Shown here: positions 46,038 to 59,351 of the stretch, one piece after another | Layout of the letters: every line of letters begins with the position of its first letter | How positions within the stretch are numbered: position 1 is the first letter of the stretch | UHGV virus genome: UHGV-1351068 | DNA: 64,000 bases | Strand: one strand, 5' to 3' | From: a virus | The notes under the pieces: model-generated | Databases searched by the model: none | What the model saw: only the letters and a program-made list of their open reading frames with translations | What the model was told of the DNA's origin: nothing | Made by a program: the position numbers and the translations under genes

Positions 46038-47860
46038 TGAAACAAAATTTGATAGTAGGCCAATCAGTAGATGATGGGTCTGGTGATTACCTCCGTAAAG
46101 GTGGTCTTAAAATTAATAACAACTTTGATGATTTATATTCAGAGTTAGGTGATGGTTCAGTTCCATTCGCAGCAGGTGCATGGAAAACTTTTAAAGCTAG
46201 CCCTACTGGAACTACTTTAAATGCTAAGTTTGGTCAGGCCTTTGCTATTAATACCCAGGCAGCAAGAGTTAACGTTCAGCTTCCAAAGGGTACAGCCAAC
46301 GACTATAACAAAGTTATTAAACTTCGTGATGTTTGGTCAACCTGGCGATTAAGCCCAATCACAGTTATTCCTGCTCAAGGCGATACATTAAAGGGTTCAG
46401 CTTCTCCTAAAATTTTCAATACTAACTTCCAAGATTTGGAATTGGTTTATTGCGCCCCTGGCCGCTGGGAATATATTGAAAATAAAACTGTAGATAAGCT
46501 AACTAATGGTAACTTAAGTACTGTAGCGAAAAAATCAATTATTGCTACTGCGGGTCAGACTGACTTTCTTAACATTTTTGATGGCGTAGAATATAACGAA
46601 GACTCGCTTAATGTATATCGTCGTGGTAATATTTTATATTACGGTGAAACCAGCGTTATGGATAAAGCCAATGCTGATTACGGTTCTCCTGGAACAGTAG
46701 CAGGTCAATTGGTAGAATTAAACGGTAAAGACATTCGTTTAAAAGTTCCATGTGTTGAAGGGGAAGTAATAACATTTGAAACCTTCCTAGATGGAATTGG
46801 TGTTTATCGGTCTTCATACAACAAGTTGGCTATCCAGATACGAGATTCAGCCCAGACTACATCCCAGACGATTCCTGGGTCAATGATAGTAGATAACCTT
46901 GCTACTCTCCGCAGAATCACTCTGGATGACATGGGTGTACTTCCGGGCGTAGGGGTAAATCCTAACTCGCTTGAAATTTCGTTGAACGGAAAGGAATTAC
47001 TCGAAGCTGGAACTGCAGGTCTTCCTTTATTTTATTGTGAAGGTGCGGAAGGTGGATACGCAGAAGACTGTATAAACAATGGTGGTCAATGGGTAAATTC
47101 TAACCAAGACTATAGACTGGAATTTGACTCAACTGGTACTAACGTCGAAGCTATTATTTTTGGTGAGGCGTTTGAAGATAAAGACCTTCTTACCGTCCGT
47201 TGGTTCAATAATAACATCGGTACTACTATGGATATTGACGATATCATGGCAGAAACCGACCAAGTGTATATGAATGCTGAGCAATTAGTAACTCTAAAAA
47301 ATCGCATTGAATACACAAATTATGATGAACCTAATCAGAAAAATATGCGTCCGGTTGCTGACGATATTATGATTAAAGTCAATAATATTGCAGCATTTTT
47401 TGACGTAATTTATCCGATTGGCACGATTTATGAAAACGCTCACAACCACGCAAACCCTGCTGACTATATGGGATTTGGGGTGTGGAAGCTTTATTCACAA
47501 GGCCGTGTTACTGCTGGTTGGAATAATGATTCATCTGATCCTTATTTTTCGCGTAACAACAATAACTTAAACGAAAATGGTCAGCCATCATTAACAGCAG
47601 GTGGAACGGTTGGAGATTTGACATTTACGTTAGGAAAAGAACACATTCCTGAACTAATGTCAAGAGATAAAGTTCTAATTTCAGACCCTGAACATGGAAG
47701 CGTAGTTATCGGTGGATGTCAATTAGACCCAGACGCGCAGGGACCAGGTTATTCTAAATACCGTGAAGACACTGTTGCGGTAAACAACGGTGTAGTTCCA
47801 AATGACATCACTAAAATTCAGCCAACAATCACCGTTTATCGTTGGATTAGGGTAGGTTAA
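46037..47860 (+). CDS. 10: baseplate wedge / short-tail-fiber attachment gp10
   Basis: 607 aa; N-terminus VGQSVDDGSGDYLRKGGLKINNNFDDLY (gp9/gp10-type domain). Confidence 0.88.
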   Translation: MKQNLIVGQSVDDGSGDYLRKGGLKINNNFDDLYSELGDGSVPFAAGAWKTFKASPTGTTLNAKFGQAFAINTQAARVNVQLPKGTANDYNKVIKLRDVWSTWRLSPITVIPAQGDTLKGSASPKIFNTNFQDLELVYCAPGRWEYIENKTVDKLTNGNLSTVAKKSIIATAGQTDFLNIFDGVEYNEDSLNVYRRGNILYYGETSVMDKANADYGSPGTVAGQLVELNGKDIRLKVPCVEGEVITFETFLDGIGVYRSSYNKLAIQIRDSAQTTSQTIPGSMIVDNLATLRRITLDDMGVLPGVGVNPNSLEISLNGKELLEAGTAGLPLFYCEGAEGGYAEDCINNGGQWVNSNQDYRLEFDSTGTNVEAIIFGEAFEDKDLLTVRWFNNNIGTTMDIDDIMAETDQVYMNAEQLVTLKNRIEYTNYDEPNQKNMRPVADDIMIKVNNIAAFFDVIYPIGTIYENAHNHANPADYMGFGVWKLYSQGRVTAGWNNDSSDPYFSRNNNNLNENGQPSLTAGGTVGDLTFTLGKEHIPELMSRDKVLISDPEHGSVVIGGCQLDPDAQGPGYSKYREDTVAVNNGVVPNDITKIQPTITVYRWIRVG

Positions 47861-47861
47861 A

Positions 47862-48533
47862 ATGACGATTGAAACTAAAACTCGTGAAGGAGCTAAAGTT
47901 AATTCAAGATTAGCTGCTTTTTCAGAATATCGCGTTGACCCGCAAAATATTGCGGTAGGAAATACGGCTCCTATAGGGAGCCTAACCTTTGAACAAATGG
48001 ATTTAGGGGTTTGGTATCCAAATACTGAAGCTGCTATTAATGATTTGATGTCATTGCAGTCAGCAGAAATTGGAACTATTATTTGCAATGACACTGGAAT
48101 ATCTCCACAGCCCGCACAGCAAATTACGCGTGCTACTTTTTCAGGTGTCGTTGCGTTAGAGCCAAAAGAAGACGGCTCTGTCGGTGACCCAGTAATAATT
48201 CATATTCTTGGCTTACCAATTAGAATTGCAAACGGTGATGACTTTGCAGCAGTAGCAACACGTTGGTATGATAAAGTAAAAGAATTAGAAGCTGTTGGAA
48301 AGGTTGTTCAACAGGTTACTCAATCGCCGGCAACACCACAGTATGTTGATATTATTCATTTAGATTATCAGAACCATAATTTTGAAACATATAAAAAGTA
48401 TGGTTTAACTGTTGAATTTACTATTACTTCACCAGCTAAAGCAGGTTATGGGCAATGGGATGCTATCGGCAACGAATCTAAAACCTTCGGCGCGAACACA
48501 TTTACTTTCCACTATTTTAGAAGGATGGGATAA
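47862..48533 (+). CDS. 11: baseplate wedge gp11
   Basis: 223 aa; position. Confidence 0.85.
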   Translation: MTIETKTREGAKVNSRLAAFSEYRVDPQNIAVGNTAPIGSLTFEQMDLGVWYPNTEAAINDLMSLQSAEIGTIICNDTGISPQPAQQITRATFSGVVALEPKEDGSVGDPVIIHILGLPIRIANGDDFAAVATRWYDKVKELEAVGKVVQQVTQSPATPQYVDIIHLDYQNHNFETYKKYGLTVEFTITSPAKAGYGQWDAIGNESKTFGANTFTFHYFRRMG

Positions 48534-49879
48534 TGGCCCAGAATAACTATAATCACTACAGTGATTTGGCCAAATATACGATATTTGACCCAACAAATAC
48601 ACAATGGCCTGTTGCTATAAAAGACGTCCAATCAGCGTTAGAGCTGATTGGTAGCTGGGCAAGAACTGATACCGGATTACCTGTAGCATCTCCTACAGTA
48701 GCCGGTGTAATTCGCACAGCAACACAGGCTGAAGTTGATGCTGGAACTATTGGTAATGCTGCGGTAACTCCTGCTACATTAAAATCCACAGTTACCCGTC
48801 CTGAAGCAACTACAACAGTTCTTGGCTTAACACGGTATGCTACTAATACTGAAGCCGCAGCATTAACCGCAGGAAATAGAACTATTACCGCGGCGGCTCT
48901 CGGTCATGTGTTTAAAACTGTGAAAGCCCAAGAAAACGTAGATGGAACTGTTAGGTTAACTACTGCGGCTCAAGCGCAAGCAGGAACTGACGAAACTACC
49001 GCAGTAACTCCTAAGCGTGTTGTAGAAATGATTGGAAAGTTCAGTGTCAGTCCTCCTAGTTATACCTCTGCGACAGAAAGCAACTTGGGATTAGTTCGTG
49101 TCGCAACCCAAGCCCAGGTAGCAGCAGGTGCTGTTCACGATGGATACGCAGTAACTCCAAAAACCTTCATGGCATCAAAAGCGTCTGACAGCGTATTTGG
49201 TATAGTAAAATTTGCTAAAGACTCAGATGTGGCTTCAGCTACTTCTAACAATTTGGCTGTTACTCCAAAAAGTCTTCAAGCGCTAAAATCCACCAAGGAT
49301 AAATATGGATTAACCAGATTATCAGGTTCTCCAACTACTGATGCTTCATTGGCAGCGGCTGCAACAGATGCAGTCTTTAAAACCCGTAGAATAAACGGAA
49401 AAACTCTTGACAATGACATAACGATTACTAACAATGATATTAATTGTTATACAAGACAAGAATCTGACGGGCGTTACATGCCAGCTGGAACCAGAGTAGG
49501 TAATGTTACTTGGGTTGAAGGTCAATCTTGGATTAGTCGAGGTGCAACGTTTACATGTAATGCACCATGGGAAGCTTCTAGTAGATTAGCTCTAAATGTT
49601 AATGTAAAATTTGAGCGTAACAACGACGGATATGACAATCGTATTTTCAGATTTGTTGTAATAGTTAACGGTTCCCAATGGGGCGGTGAACTTACTCTTA
49701 ACATCGAAAATACTAAAGGCGGACGAAATGGTCATTCATGGAGATTTGAAGCTTACGCATCTAGCAACTTTTTCTTCAATAACATTCCTCCAAATGCCAC
49801 TGTTCAAATAAGACCAACAGAAGACAGTCGTATTATATTTTATGACTGCATGCTTACATTCTGTACAAATAGACCGTAA
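48533..49879 (+). CDS. 12: short tail fiber gp12
   Basis: 448 aa with six N-terminal repeats of type TQAEVDAGTIGNAAVTPATL; C-terminal receptor-binding region. Confidence 0.85.
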   Translation: MAQNNYNHYSDLAKYTIFDPTNTQWPVAIKDVQSALELIGSWARTDTGLPVASPTVAGVIRTATQAEVDAGTIGNAAVTPATLKSTVTRPEATTTVLGLTRYATNTEAAALTAGNRTITAAALGHVFKTVKAQENVDGTVRLTTAAQAQAGTDETTAVTPKRVVEMIGKFSVSPPSYTSATESNLGLVRVATQAQVAAGAVHDGYAVTPKTFMASKASDSVFGIVKFAKDSDVASATSNNLAVTPKSLQALKSTKDKYGLTRLSGSPTTDASLAAAATDAVFKTRRINGKTLDNDITITNNDINCYTRQESDGRYMPAGTRVGNVTWVEGQSWISRGATFTCNAPWEASSRLALNVNVKFERNNDGYDNRIFRFVVIVNGSQWGGELTLNIENTKGGRNGHSWRFEAYASSNFFFNNIPPNATVQIRPTEDSRIIFYDCMLTFCTNRP

Positions 49880-49887
49880 GGAACAAT

Positions 49888-51654
49888 ATGACCAAACTAG
49901 TAGATTCGCTTCCGTTCGTAGACGGAATTCCAGACGATTTTCAACAGAGAATTAACTGGATAAAAAATACAGAGCCTCTTAATGGGGCTTCAACCCGCTA
50001 TGGAAATGATGGAGAACTGAATAGAGCTTCTGTTCAAATCCAGAAAAACGTTGTTCAGGTACATAACGATTTGAACAACGTTGGAACTGCTGTAGAAAAT
50101 ATTCAAGTAGATGTAGACCAAATCAAAAAATCGTTAGAAATTACAGGTTCTTCTGACGCCATTGAGCAGGTTTATATCAATAAAAAGAATATTGAAAAGC
50201 ATGATGGACAAATTCTTAAATTAGAAGAAGACACCGAAAAACTTCGAACTGACCTTGATTTTCTCGAAGAGGATGTAGGTGTTTATGATTCTAGTAAAGA
50301 TGACTATTACAGAACAGTTCGTGATAATATAGTTTGGGTTAAACGTGAAATTGGTGCGTATCCTGGGCAAGATATTAACGGACAGCCGAAGCAAGACTCT
50401 CCGGGTTCTGGTATGAAATACCGAATCATCAATAATGCGTCAGCTATAGTAAAACATGACGAGCGTATTCAGGCGCTAGAGGATGCATACAATGATTCAG
50501 ACGTAGGTTCTCTGACTATTGAAGTAAACGACCTGCGTAAAGAAGTTGGTCCTAAATCCGGAGCTACGTCAGCTTCAATTTATGCAAGGCTTGTGAATAA
50601 CGCTGATGCTATTTCCGCAGCTAATAATGAAATCTTTGCTATTAACCAAGCCATTGATTTTACCAATCCAGTAAAAATTGGAGCTCGTACTACTAGATTA
50701 GAAAACGATTATCGTATAGTTGACGTAACACTTAACTCTGCACAAACCGGGTTAGTTCCTCGTGTCAATAATATTGATGCTCGTTTAGGGTCTTCTGATA
50801 AGCCTGATACTATTGAAGGAAAAATTAGTTCTCTTTCAACTGACCAAGGGTACATTTCTGATGTTGTAGGACGTGATACTTCATCAGGGCTTCAGGGTCA
50901 AGTAGCATGGATAAACCAACAGGTTGGTATTGTTCCTAGCGAGCAGCCGATTCCTCCTGGGTCAATTTTAGCGAGAATGACCAATGTTGAAGGTATGCAA
51001 AACTCTCAACAGTCTGCTATTCAGGACATTCAAGTAGAACTTGGCAATAACAATGAAGTGTTAAAGGGTTCTGTATTTACATTACAGACTCAAATGAATG
51101 GTGACTTTTCGTCAGAAAACCCAGTTCAACGTGATGGTGTATACGCTACTGTAGTAGAATTGCAAGATAAATTCGTGACTGCAGTTACTGACGTAGAACA
51201 AGCTGGAGCATACCTCCGTAAACAGGGCGAATGGTTTAAAAAACCTTCATCAATAGGTGAATTCAGTAAAGAAGATTTCACTGTTGATTTAAGTTCTGAT
51301 GCATTGGTAAATCCTAACTCATTGGTCGCTGCTCCATTCAATGCTGGCATTCGTATTGTCGATGACATTGTTGTTGATGACGATGGCGTATTTTGCGTAG
51401 AAACTGATACGGTTATCGAAGCTTCTGATTCAGATAAAGGCGTGAAAATTGTTATTCTCGTTAATAACATCGAGGTGTTTTCCTACGGGCTCGGTGTTAA
51501 GGCTGTAACGGGCGAACAGTTGATTAAAACCAAGAAACTCATTGAGTTTTCATCTGGTGATGCAATCAAAATCGTGTATAGAGCTGCTTCAGAAGAATCG
51601 CAGGTTCTTGTTAAAATTAAATCTTTGGATATTACTATTCATCCAGCTGTATAA
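49888..51654 (+). CDS. wac: fibritin (whisker antigen control) wac
   Basis: 588 aa, predominantly coiled-coil; position between 12 and 13. Confidence 0.8.
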   Translation: MTKLVDSLPFVDGIPDDFQQRINWIKNTEPLNGASTRYGNDGELNRASVQIQKNVVQVHNDLNNVGTAVENIQVDVDQIKKSLEITGSSDAIEQVYINKKNIEKHDGQILKLEEDTEKLRTDLDFLEEDVGVYDSSKDDYYRTVRDNIVWVKREIGAYPGQDINGQPKQDSPGSGMKYRIINNASAIVKHDERIQALEDAYNDSDVGSLTIEVNDLRKEVGPKSGATSASIYARLVNNADAISAANNEIFAINQAIDFTNPVKIGARTTRLENDYRIVDVTLNSAQTGLVPRVNNIDARLGSSDKPDTIEGKISSLSTDQGYISDVVGRDTSSGLQGQVAWINQQVGIVPSEQPIPPGSILARMTNVEGMQNSQQSAIQDIQVELGNNNEVLKGSVFTLQTQMNGDFSSENPVQRDGVYATVVELQDKFVTAVTDVEQAGAYLRKQGEWFKKPSSIGEFSKEDFTVDLSSDALVNPNSLVAAPFNAGIRIVDDIVVDDDGVFCVETDTVIEASDSDKGVKIVILVNNIEVFSYGLGVKAVTGEQLIKTKKLIEFSSGDAIKIVYRAASEESQVLVKIKSLDITIHPAV

Positions 51655-51656
51655 CA

Positions 51657-51681
51657 AAAGGGACCTTCGGGTCCCTTTTTC
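51657..51681 (+). terminator. rho-independent terminator after wac
   Basis: aaaagggaccttcgggtcccttttt. Confidence 0.7.
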
Positions 51682-51682
51682 G

Positions 51683-51690
51683 TATAAATA
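51683..51690 (+). promoter_or_regulatory. T4 late promoter TATAAATA for gene 13
   Basis: cgtataaata. Confidence 0.6.
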
Positions 51691-51711
51691 GGAATATAAA
51701 GAGGAGTTCAT

Positions 51712-52653
51712 ATGTCATACAACACGTACAACCCAAAAACGCTTAAAGACGCTATACTTCGACGTCTAGGAGCGCCGGTAATTAATGTAGAAGTAACTGA
51801 AGACCAAATTTATGATTGTATTCAACGAGCATTAGAGTTGTATGGTGAATACCACTTTAACGGATTGAATAAAGGTTATCAAGTTTTTTATATTGGAAAA
51901 GACGAAGCTGACAACGCAAGATTTTTGAACGGCGTATTTGATTTGCGCGGCCGTAATGTATTTGCTGTCACCCAAATTGTTAGAACAAATGTAGGTTCAT
52001 TAACTTCAATGGATGGTAATGCGACATACCCATGGTTTACCGACTTTCTAATGGGAATGGCAGGAATTAATGGCGGAATGGGGTCAAGCTGTAATAAAAG
52101 CTATGGGCCAAATGCGTTTGGTGCTGACCTTGGCTATTTTACTCAATTGATGACTTACTGGTCAATGATGCAAGATTTACTTGCTCCTCTCCCGGATTAT
52201 TGGTATAACTCTGATAATGAAATGCTTAAAGTAATGGGCAACTTCATGAAGGGTGACATCATTGTCTGTGAATGCTGGACCAAATCATTTATGAATACAG
52301 ATGCGATGGTAGGCAATACAGCAGGATACGGATTTGCTGGGCCGCAAACTGCTGATCATTGGGGATTAGGAGATAGATATCAGAATCCTGACCTTCGTAA
52401 TAATGGTCAATATGCTGGTGAAGGTAATACAAATAGAGAAGGCGCATATAATAATCGTTGGGTAAAAGATTATGCTACAGCATTAACTAAAAAGCTGTGG
52501 GGTGAAATTCTTTTTAAACATCAGGGTCTGCAATTGGCAGGTGGAGTTACAGTTGATGGTCAAACACTTAAGGTAGAGGCCCAAGAAGAAATCGAGAGGC
52601 TCCGAGAGGAACTTGATTTACTTGACCCGGGTTGTCCTATTCTGTTGGGGTAA
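51712..52653 (+). CDS. 13: neck protein gp13
   Basis: 313 aa (T4 gp13 is 309 aa); position. Confidence 0.88.
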   Translation: MSYNTYNPKTLKDAILRRLGAPVINVEVTEDQIYDCIQRALELYGEYHFNGLNKGYQVFYIGKDEADNARFLNGVFDLRGRNVFAVTQIVRTNVGSLTSMDGNATYPWFTDFLMGMAGINGGMGSSCNKSYGPNAFGADLGYFTQLMTYWSMMQDLLAPLPDYWYNSDNEMLKVMGNFMKGDIIVCECWTKSFMNTDAMVGNTAGYGFAGPQTADHWGLGDRYQNPDLRNNGQYAGEGNTNREGAYNNRWVKDYATALTKKLWGEILFKHQGLQLAGGVTVDGQTLKVEAQEEIERLREELDLLDPGCPILLG

Positions 52654-52656
52654 AAG

Positions 52657-53433
52657 ATGTCTACATTTGATTCTAGGCTCTTCGCTAAACTCGAAGATTA
52701 TCAAGGATATAATAAAACTAATGAGACTGAAATTCTCAATCCTTATGTGAATTTTTATAATCACAGAAATAGCCAAACGTTAGCAGATGCTTTATCGGCT
52801 GAGGCTATTCAAATGAGAGGAATTGAGTTTTATTTCCTTCCTCGTGAATATAACAATCCTGATTTGCTTTTTGGAGAAGACCCATCAAGTAAATTCACCA
52901 AAGCTTGGAAATTTGCTGCTTATTTAGATTCATTTGAAGGATATTCTGGCGATAACACATTCTTTAGTAAATTTGGTATGATGGTTAATGATGAAGTCAA
53001 TTTGACTATTAATCCCAACCTATTCAAGCATCAAACTAATAATTCTGAACCAAAAGCCGGTGACCTAATTTATTTTCCTATGGATAACTCATTATTCGAA
53101 ATTAACTGGGTTCAGCCATACGATCCATTTTATCAGTTAGGTCAAAATGTTCAACGCAAGATTACTGCACAAAAATACATTTATTCTGGTGAGCAGCTTC
53201 AGCCAGAATTGCAACGTAATGAAGGCATTAATATTCCTGAATTTTCTGAGCTTGATTTAGAACCAATCAAAAATATAGATGCTCTTGCTGATATTTCTGA
53301 TATACAATACGCAGAAAGTGATGAAATCAATAAAGAAGCCTCTGAATATGTTCATCCGTATTATGTTAATAACGGAAGAGGACTTGAGTCCCCTCCTAAA
53401 GCAGATTCGTTTGATGACGGGTTCTTCGAATAA
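52657..53433 (+). CDS. 14: neck protein gp14
   Basis: 258 aa (T4 gp14 is 256 aa); position. Confidence 0.88.
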   Translation: MSTFDSRLFAKLEDYQGYNKTNETEILNPYVNFYNHRNSQTLADALSAEAIQMRGIEFYFLPREYNNPDLLFGEDPSSKFTKAWKFAAYLDSFEGYSGDNTFFSKFGMMVNDEVNLTINPNLFKHQTNNSEPKAGDLIYFPMDNSLFEINWVQPYDPFYQLGQNVQRKITAQKYIYSGEQLQPELQRNEGINIPEFSELDLEPIKNIDALADISDIQYAESDEINKEASEYVHPYYVNNGRGLESPPKADSFDDGFFE

Positions 53434-53474
53434 ATAAAATAAAGATGGGACCTTTGGGTCCCTTAGGAGAAATC

Positions 53475-54295
53475 ATGTTTGGACATTGGTATAATTCGTC
53501 CTTACGCCGATACATTGTATTGCTTGGAGATTTATTTTCTCATGTACAAATTGCTCGTTGGCGTGAAGACACTGGACTAAAATATATTAAAGTACCTATC
53601 ACTTATGCTTCAAAGGAAAAGTTCCTTTCTCAACTCGGAAAATGGACTGCTATTCAGTCTACCGAGAATAAAGCAAAGATAGAAACTGTTTTGCCAAGAA
53701 TGAATTTGCACTTGGTTGATATGCAATACAATGCGATGTATAAAACATCACAGTTGAATAGAACCAAATCATATAAAACCCCTTCAAAAATTACATCTCA
53801 GTATAATCCTACTCCGATTAAGATGATTTTTGAATTGGGAATTTATACACGCAATCAAGATGATATGTATCAAATCATCGAGCAAATCGTTCCTTATTTT
53901 CAGCCGCATTTTAACACGACTATAACTGAGCTTTACGACAAAGACACAAGCTTTAATCGTGATGTTAGAATTGTATTACAGTCATTTTCTCAGGATGAAG
54001 CTGTTGATGGAGATAATATCACTCGCCGTAGATTAGAATGGTCGCTGATGTTTGAAGTCAATGGCTGGTTGTATCCGCCTGTAGCTGAAATTGATGGCGA
54101 AATTAGAACCATTTATTTAGATTTCTTCGCTAACAGCAAGGAGTTAACTCCAGAAGGAAACTTTGAATCAGTAGATAGCGAAGTCACTCCACGAGATGTT
54201 CAACACGAAAATTGGGATGGTTCTAGTAAACAAACTTATTCTCACGATATTCCTATTCCGGTAAATCCGGAGGCTCCTGGACCGAGAGGTGAAAA

Positions 54296-54299
<4 letters not shown>
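53475..54299 (+). CDS. 15: tail sheath stabilizer/terminator gp15 (start taken at MFGHWYNSS)
   Basis: [29 protein letters not shown]...[13 protein letters not shown] matches the T4 gp15 N-terminus; RBS aggag upstream. Confidence 0.88.
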
Positions 54300-56625
<2,326 letters not shown>

Positions 56626-56654
56626 TAAAAAGCAAACAACATTGAGGATATATC

Positions 56655-58628
56655 ATGCCTTTAGTCTCTCCTGGAATTGAGCTCAAAGAAACGAGCGTAC
56701 AGAGCACGGTAGTACTTAACGCTACAGGTCGTGCCGCAATTGTCGGGAAGTTCCAATGGGGTCCTGCATATCAAGTTACTCAAATCACTAATGAAGTTGA
56801 ACTGGTTGATATGTTTGGCGGCCCTAATAACCAAACTGCTGATTACTTTATGTCAGCAATGAACTTTCTGCAATATGGTAATGATCTACGCACCGTCCGT
56901 GTAGTTAACCGTGAAGCTGCTAAAAACGCATCTCCATTGGTTGATAATATTGAATGGACTATCACTACTGCTGGTAGTAACTATGAAGTTGGTGATAAAA
57001 TTACGGTTAAATATGCAGACCAAACCGTAGATGACACCGGTTCAGTTACTGAAGTAGATAGTGACGGAAAAATTAAGTCGGTGTTCATTCCGACATCGAA
57101 GATTATTGCATATGCAAAAAGCATTAATCAATATCCTGATTTAGGGTCTTCGTGGACAACTACCATTACTTCACAGAGTTCTGGTGTTTCTGCTGTCATT
57201 ACTTTAGGTAAAATTATTTCTGAGTCTACAGTTCTACTGACTGAACATGAAACTGCCCATGAAGAAATGACAAAAACTGAATTCCAGACTGCGCTTGCGC
57301 AATATAAAATGCCTGGAATTGTAGCTGCGTATCCGGGCGAGCTCGGAAACCAACTGGAAATTGAAATTGTATCAAAAGCCGCTTTTGATAAAGGCGAACA
57401 ACTGACGATTTATCCGAGTGGTGGACAGCGTGCATCAACCGCAAAAGCCGTATTTGGATATGGTCCTCAGACCGATACTCAGTACGCTATCATTGTTCGT
57501 AGAGATGGTGCTGTAGTTGAATCAGCGGTGTTATCAACAAGCCGCCAAGATAAAGATATCTACGGAAACAACATCTTTATGGACGATTATTTCTCCAAGG
57601 GTTCTTCACGCTATGTATTTGCTACTGCGCAAGGATGGCCTGAAGGATTTTCCGGCGTTATTCGTCTGGGTGGTGGGGTTTCAGCTAATGAATCAGTTAC
57701 GGCTGGCGATTTAATTCAAGGCTGGGATTTATTTGGTGACCGTGAAGCATTGCGTGTAAACCTTCTGATTGCTGGTGCTTGTGCCGGTGAAACCGATGAA
57801 ATCGCAAGTACAGTACAAAAACACGTTTCGTCTATTGCAGATGAGCGTCAAGACTGCTTAGCACTCATTTCGCCTCCAAGGTCAACGATTGTAAATATTC
57901 CTCTGACTCGTGCTGTTGATAATTTAATCGACTGGCGCCAAGGCGATGGAACTTATGATTCTGCTAACATGAACATCAATACTACGTACGCAGCAATTGA
58001 TGGTAACTATAAATATCAGTATGATAAATATAACGACGTAAACCGTTGGGTTCCGTTAGCTGCTGATATTGCAGGCCTGTGTGCTCGTACTGATGATATT
58101 GCTCAGCCTTGGATGTCACCAGCTGGATATCGTCGTGGTCAGATTTTAAATTGCATCAAATTGGCAATTGAACCGCGTCAGGCACATCGTGACCGCATGT
58201 ACCAAGCAGGTATTAACCCAGTGACTGGTCAAGGTACAGGTGAAGGTTTCATTCTGTTCGGTGATAAGACTGCAACCACTGTTCCAACACCGTTTGACCG
58301 AATTAACGTTCGTCGCTTGTTTAACATGCTGAAGAACAACATCGGTGATTCTTCTAAGTGGCAGCTGTTTGAATTAAACGATAACTTTACCCGTAGTTCT
58401 TTCCGTATGGAAACCAGCCAATACCTCGCAGGTATTAAAGCTCTGGGTGGTGTATATGACTTCCGAGTTGTATGTGATACCACGAATAACACTCCAGCAG
58501 TTATCGACCGCAACGAGTTTGTAGCGAGCTTCTACATCAAGCCGGCACGTTCAATTAACTATATCACTCTGAACTTCGTTGCTACGGCAACTGGTGCAGA
58601 TTTCGATGAGTTAATCGGACCACAGTAA
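56655..58628 (+). CDS. 18: tail sheath protein gp18
   Basis: 657 aa (T4 gp18 is 659 aa); MPLVSPGIELKETS... sheath N-terminus. Confidence 0.93.
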   Translation: MPLVSPGIELKETSVQSTVVLNATGRAAIVGKFQWGPAYQVTQITNEVELVDMFGGPNNQTADYFMSAMNFLQYGNDLRTVRVVNREAAKNASPLVDNIEWTITTAGSNYEVGDKITVKYADQTVDDTGSVTEVDSDGKIKSVFIPTSKIIAYAKSINQYPDLGSSWTTTITSQSSGVSAVITLGKIISESTVLLTEHETAHEEMTKTEFQTALAQYKMPGIVAAYPGELGNQLEIEIVSKAAFDKGEQLTIYPSGGQRASTAKAVFGYGPQTDTQYAIIVRRDGAVVESAVLSTSRQDKDIYGNNIFMDDYFSKGSSRYVFATAQGWPEGFSGVIRLGGGVSANESVTAGDLIQGWDLFGDREALRVNLLIAGACAGETDEIASTVQKHVSSIADERQDCLALISPPRSTIVNIPLTRAVDNLIDWRQGDGTYDSANMNINTTYAAIDGNYKYQYDKYNDVNRWVPLAADIAGLCARTDDIAQPWMSPAGYRRGQILNCIKLAIEPRQAHRDRMYQAGINPVTGQGTGEGFILFGDKTATTVPTPFDRINVRRLFNMLKNNIGDSSKWQLFELNDNFTRSSFRMETSQYLAGIKALGGVYDFRVVCDTTNNTPAVIDRNEFVASFYIKPARSINYITLNFVATATGADFDELIGPQ

Positions 58629-58730
58629 TATGAACCCCAGGACATTCTGGGGTCATCTAATCTTTAGATGATAAATTATATTACCGCACACTTTAATAGC
58701 CTCTACGATGATGTAGTCAATCGAGAGGCT

Positions 58731-58738
58731 ATATAAAT
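58731..58738 (+). promoter_or_regulatory. T4 late promoter TATAAATA for gene 19, preceded by a hairpin at 58696-58730
   Basis: tagcctct...agaggcta-tataaata. Confidence 0.55.
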
Positions 58739-58755
58739 ATCTATAGGAAACAACG

Positions 58756-59247
58756 ATGGAATTAACAGACATCACTCGTGCGTTTGAATCTGGTGACTTT
58801 GCGCGTCCTAACCTGTTTGAGGTAGAAATTCCTTATCTGGGTCGTAACTTCAGTTTCAAATGTAAAGCAGCACCGATGCCGGCAGGTATCGTAGAAAAAG
58901 TTCCAGTCGGGTACATGAACCGTAAGATTAACGTCGCTGGTGACCGTACTTATGACGACTGGACTGTTACCATCTATAACGATGATAAACACGAAGTACG
59001 TAAGGCAATTATTGCTTGGCAGGCTCAGGCCCACGCTCAAGGCAATGATATCTCTGGTATGACTCCAGCCGATTACAAAAAGGTTGCTACGGTACGCCAG
59101 TTTAGTCGTGATGGCAAAACTATCACAAATGAACACACCATTACTGGTCTGTGGCCAACTAACGTTGGTGAAGTACAGATGGACTGGGACAGTAATAATG
59201 AGGTAGAAACGTTCGAAACTACCTTTGCCATCGACTGGTGGGAATAA
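58756..59247 (+). CDS. 19: tail tube protein gp19
   Basis: 163 aa, identical in length to T4 gp19. Confidence 0.92.
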   Translation: MELTDITRAFESGDFARPNLFEVEIPYLGRNFSFKCKAAPMPAGIVEKVPVGYMNRKINVAGDRTYDDWTVTIYNDDKHEVRKAIIAWQAQAHAQGNDISGMTPADYKKVATVRQFSRDGKTITNEHTITGLWPTNVGEVQMDWDSNNEVETFETTFAIDWWE

Positions 59248-59253
59248 TGCTAT

Positions 59254-59267
59254 GGGGCTTCGGCCCC
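59254..59267 (+). terminator. UUCG-tetraloop hairpin after gene 19 (RNA 3' stability element / weak terminator)
   Basis: ggggcttcggcccc, with no strong T-run. Confidence 0.45.
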
Positions 59268-59315
59268 GTATCGAAGTTCTGTGAGTTATTTGCTTAAATA
59301 TCTGACAAAACTTCG

Positions 59316-59323
59316 ATATAAAT
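59316..59323 (+). promoter_or_regulatory. T4 late promoter TATAAATA for gene 20
   Basis: cgatataaata. Confidence 0.6.
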
Positions 59324-59351
59324 ATACTTATAGATAATTTCGGAGACTCCA

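Noticed and set aside
53447-53462. Hairpin after gene 14, considered as a terminator.
   Set aside because: No U-run, and it sits immediately 5' of the gene 15 RBS. More likely a processing/stability or translational element.
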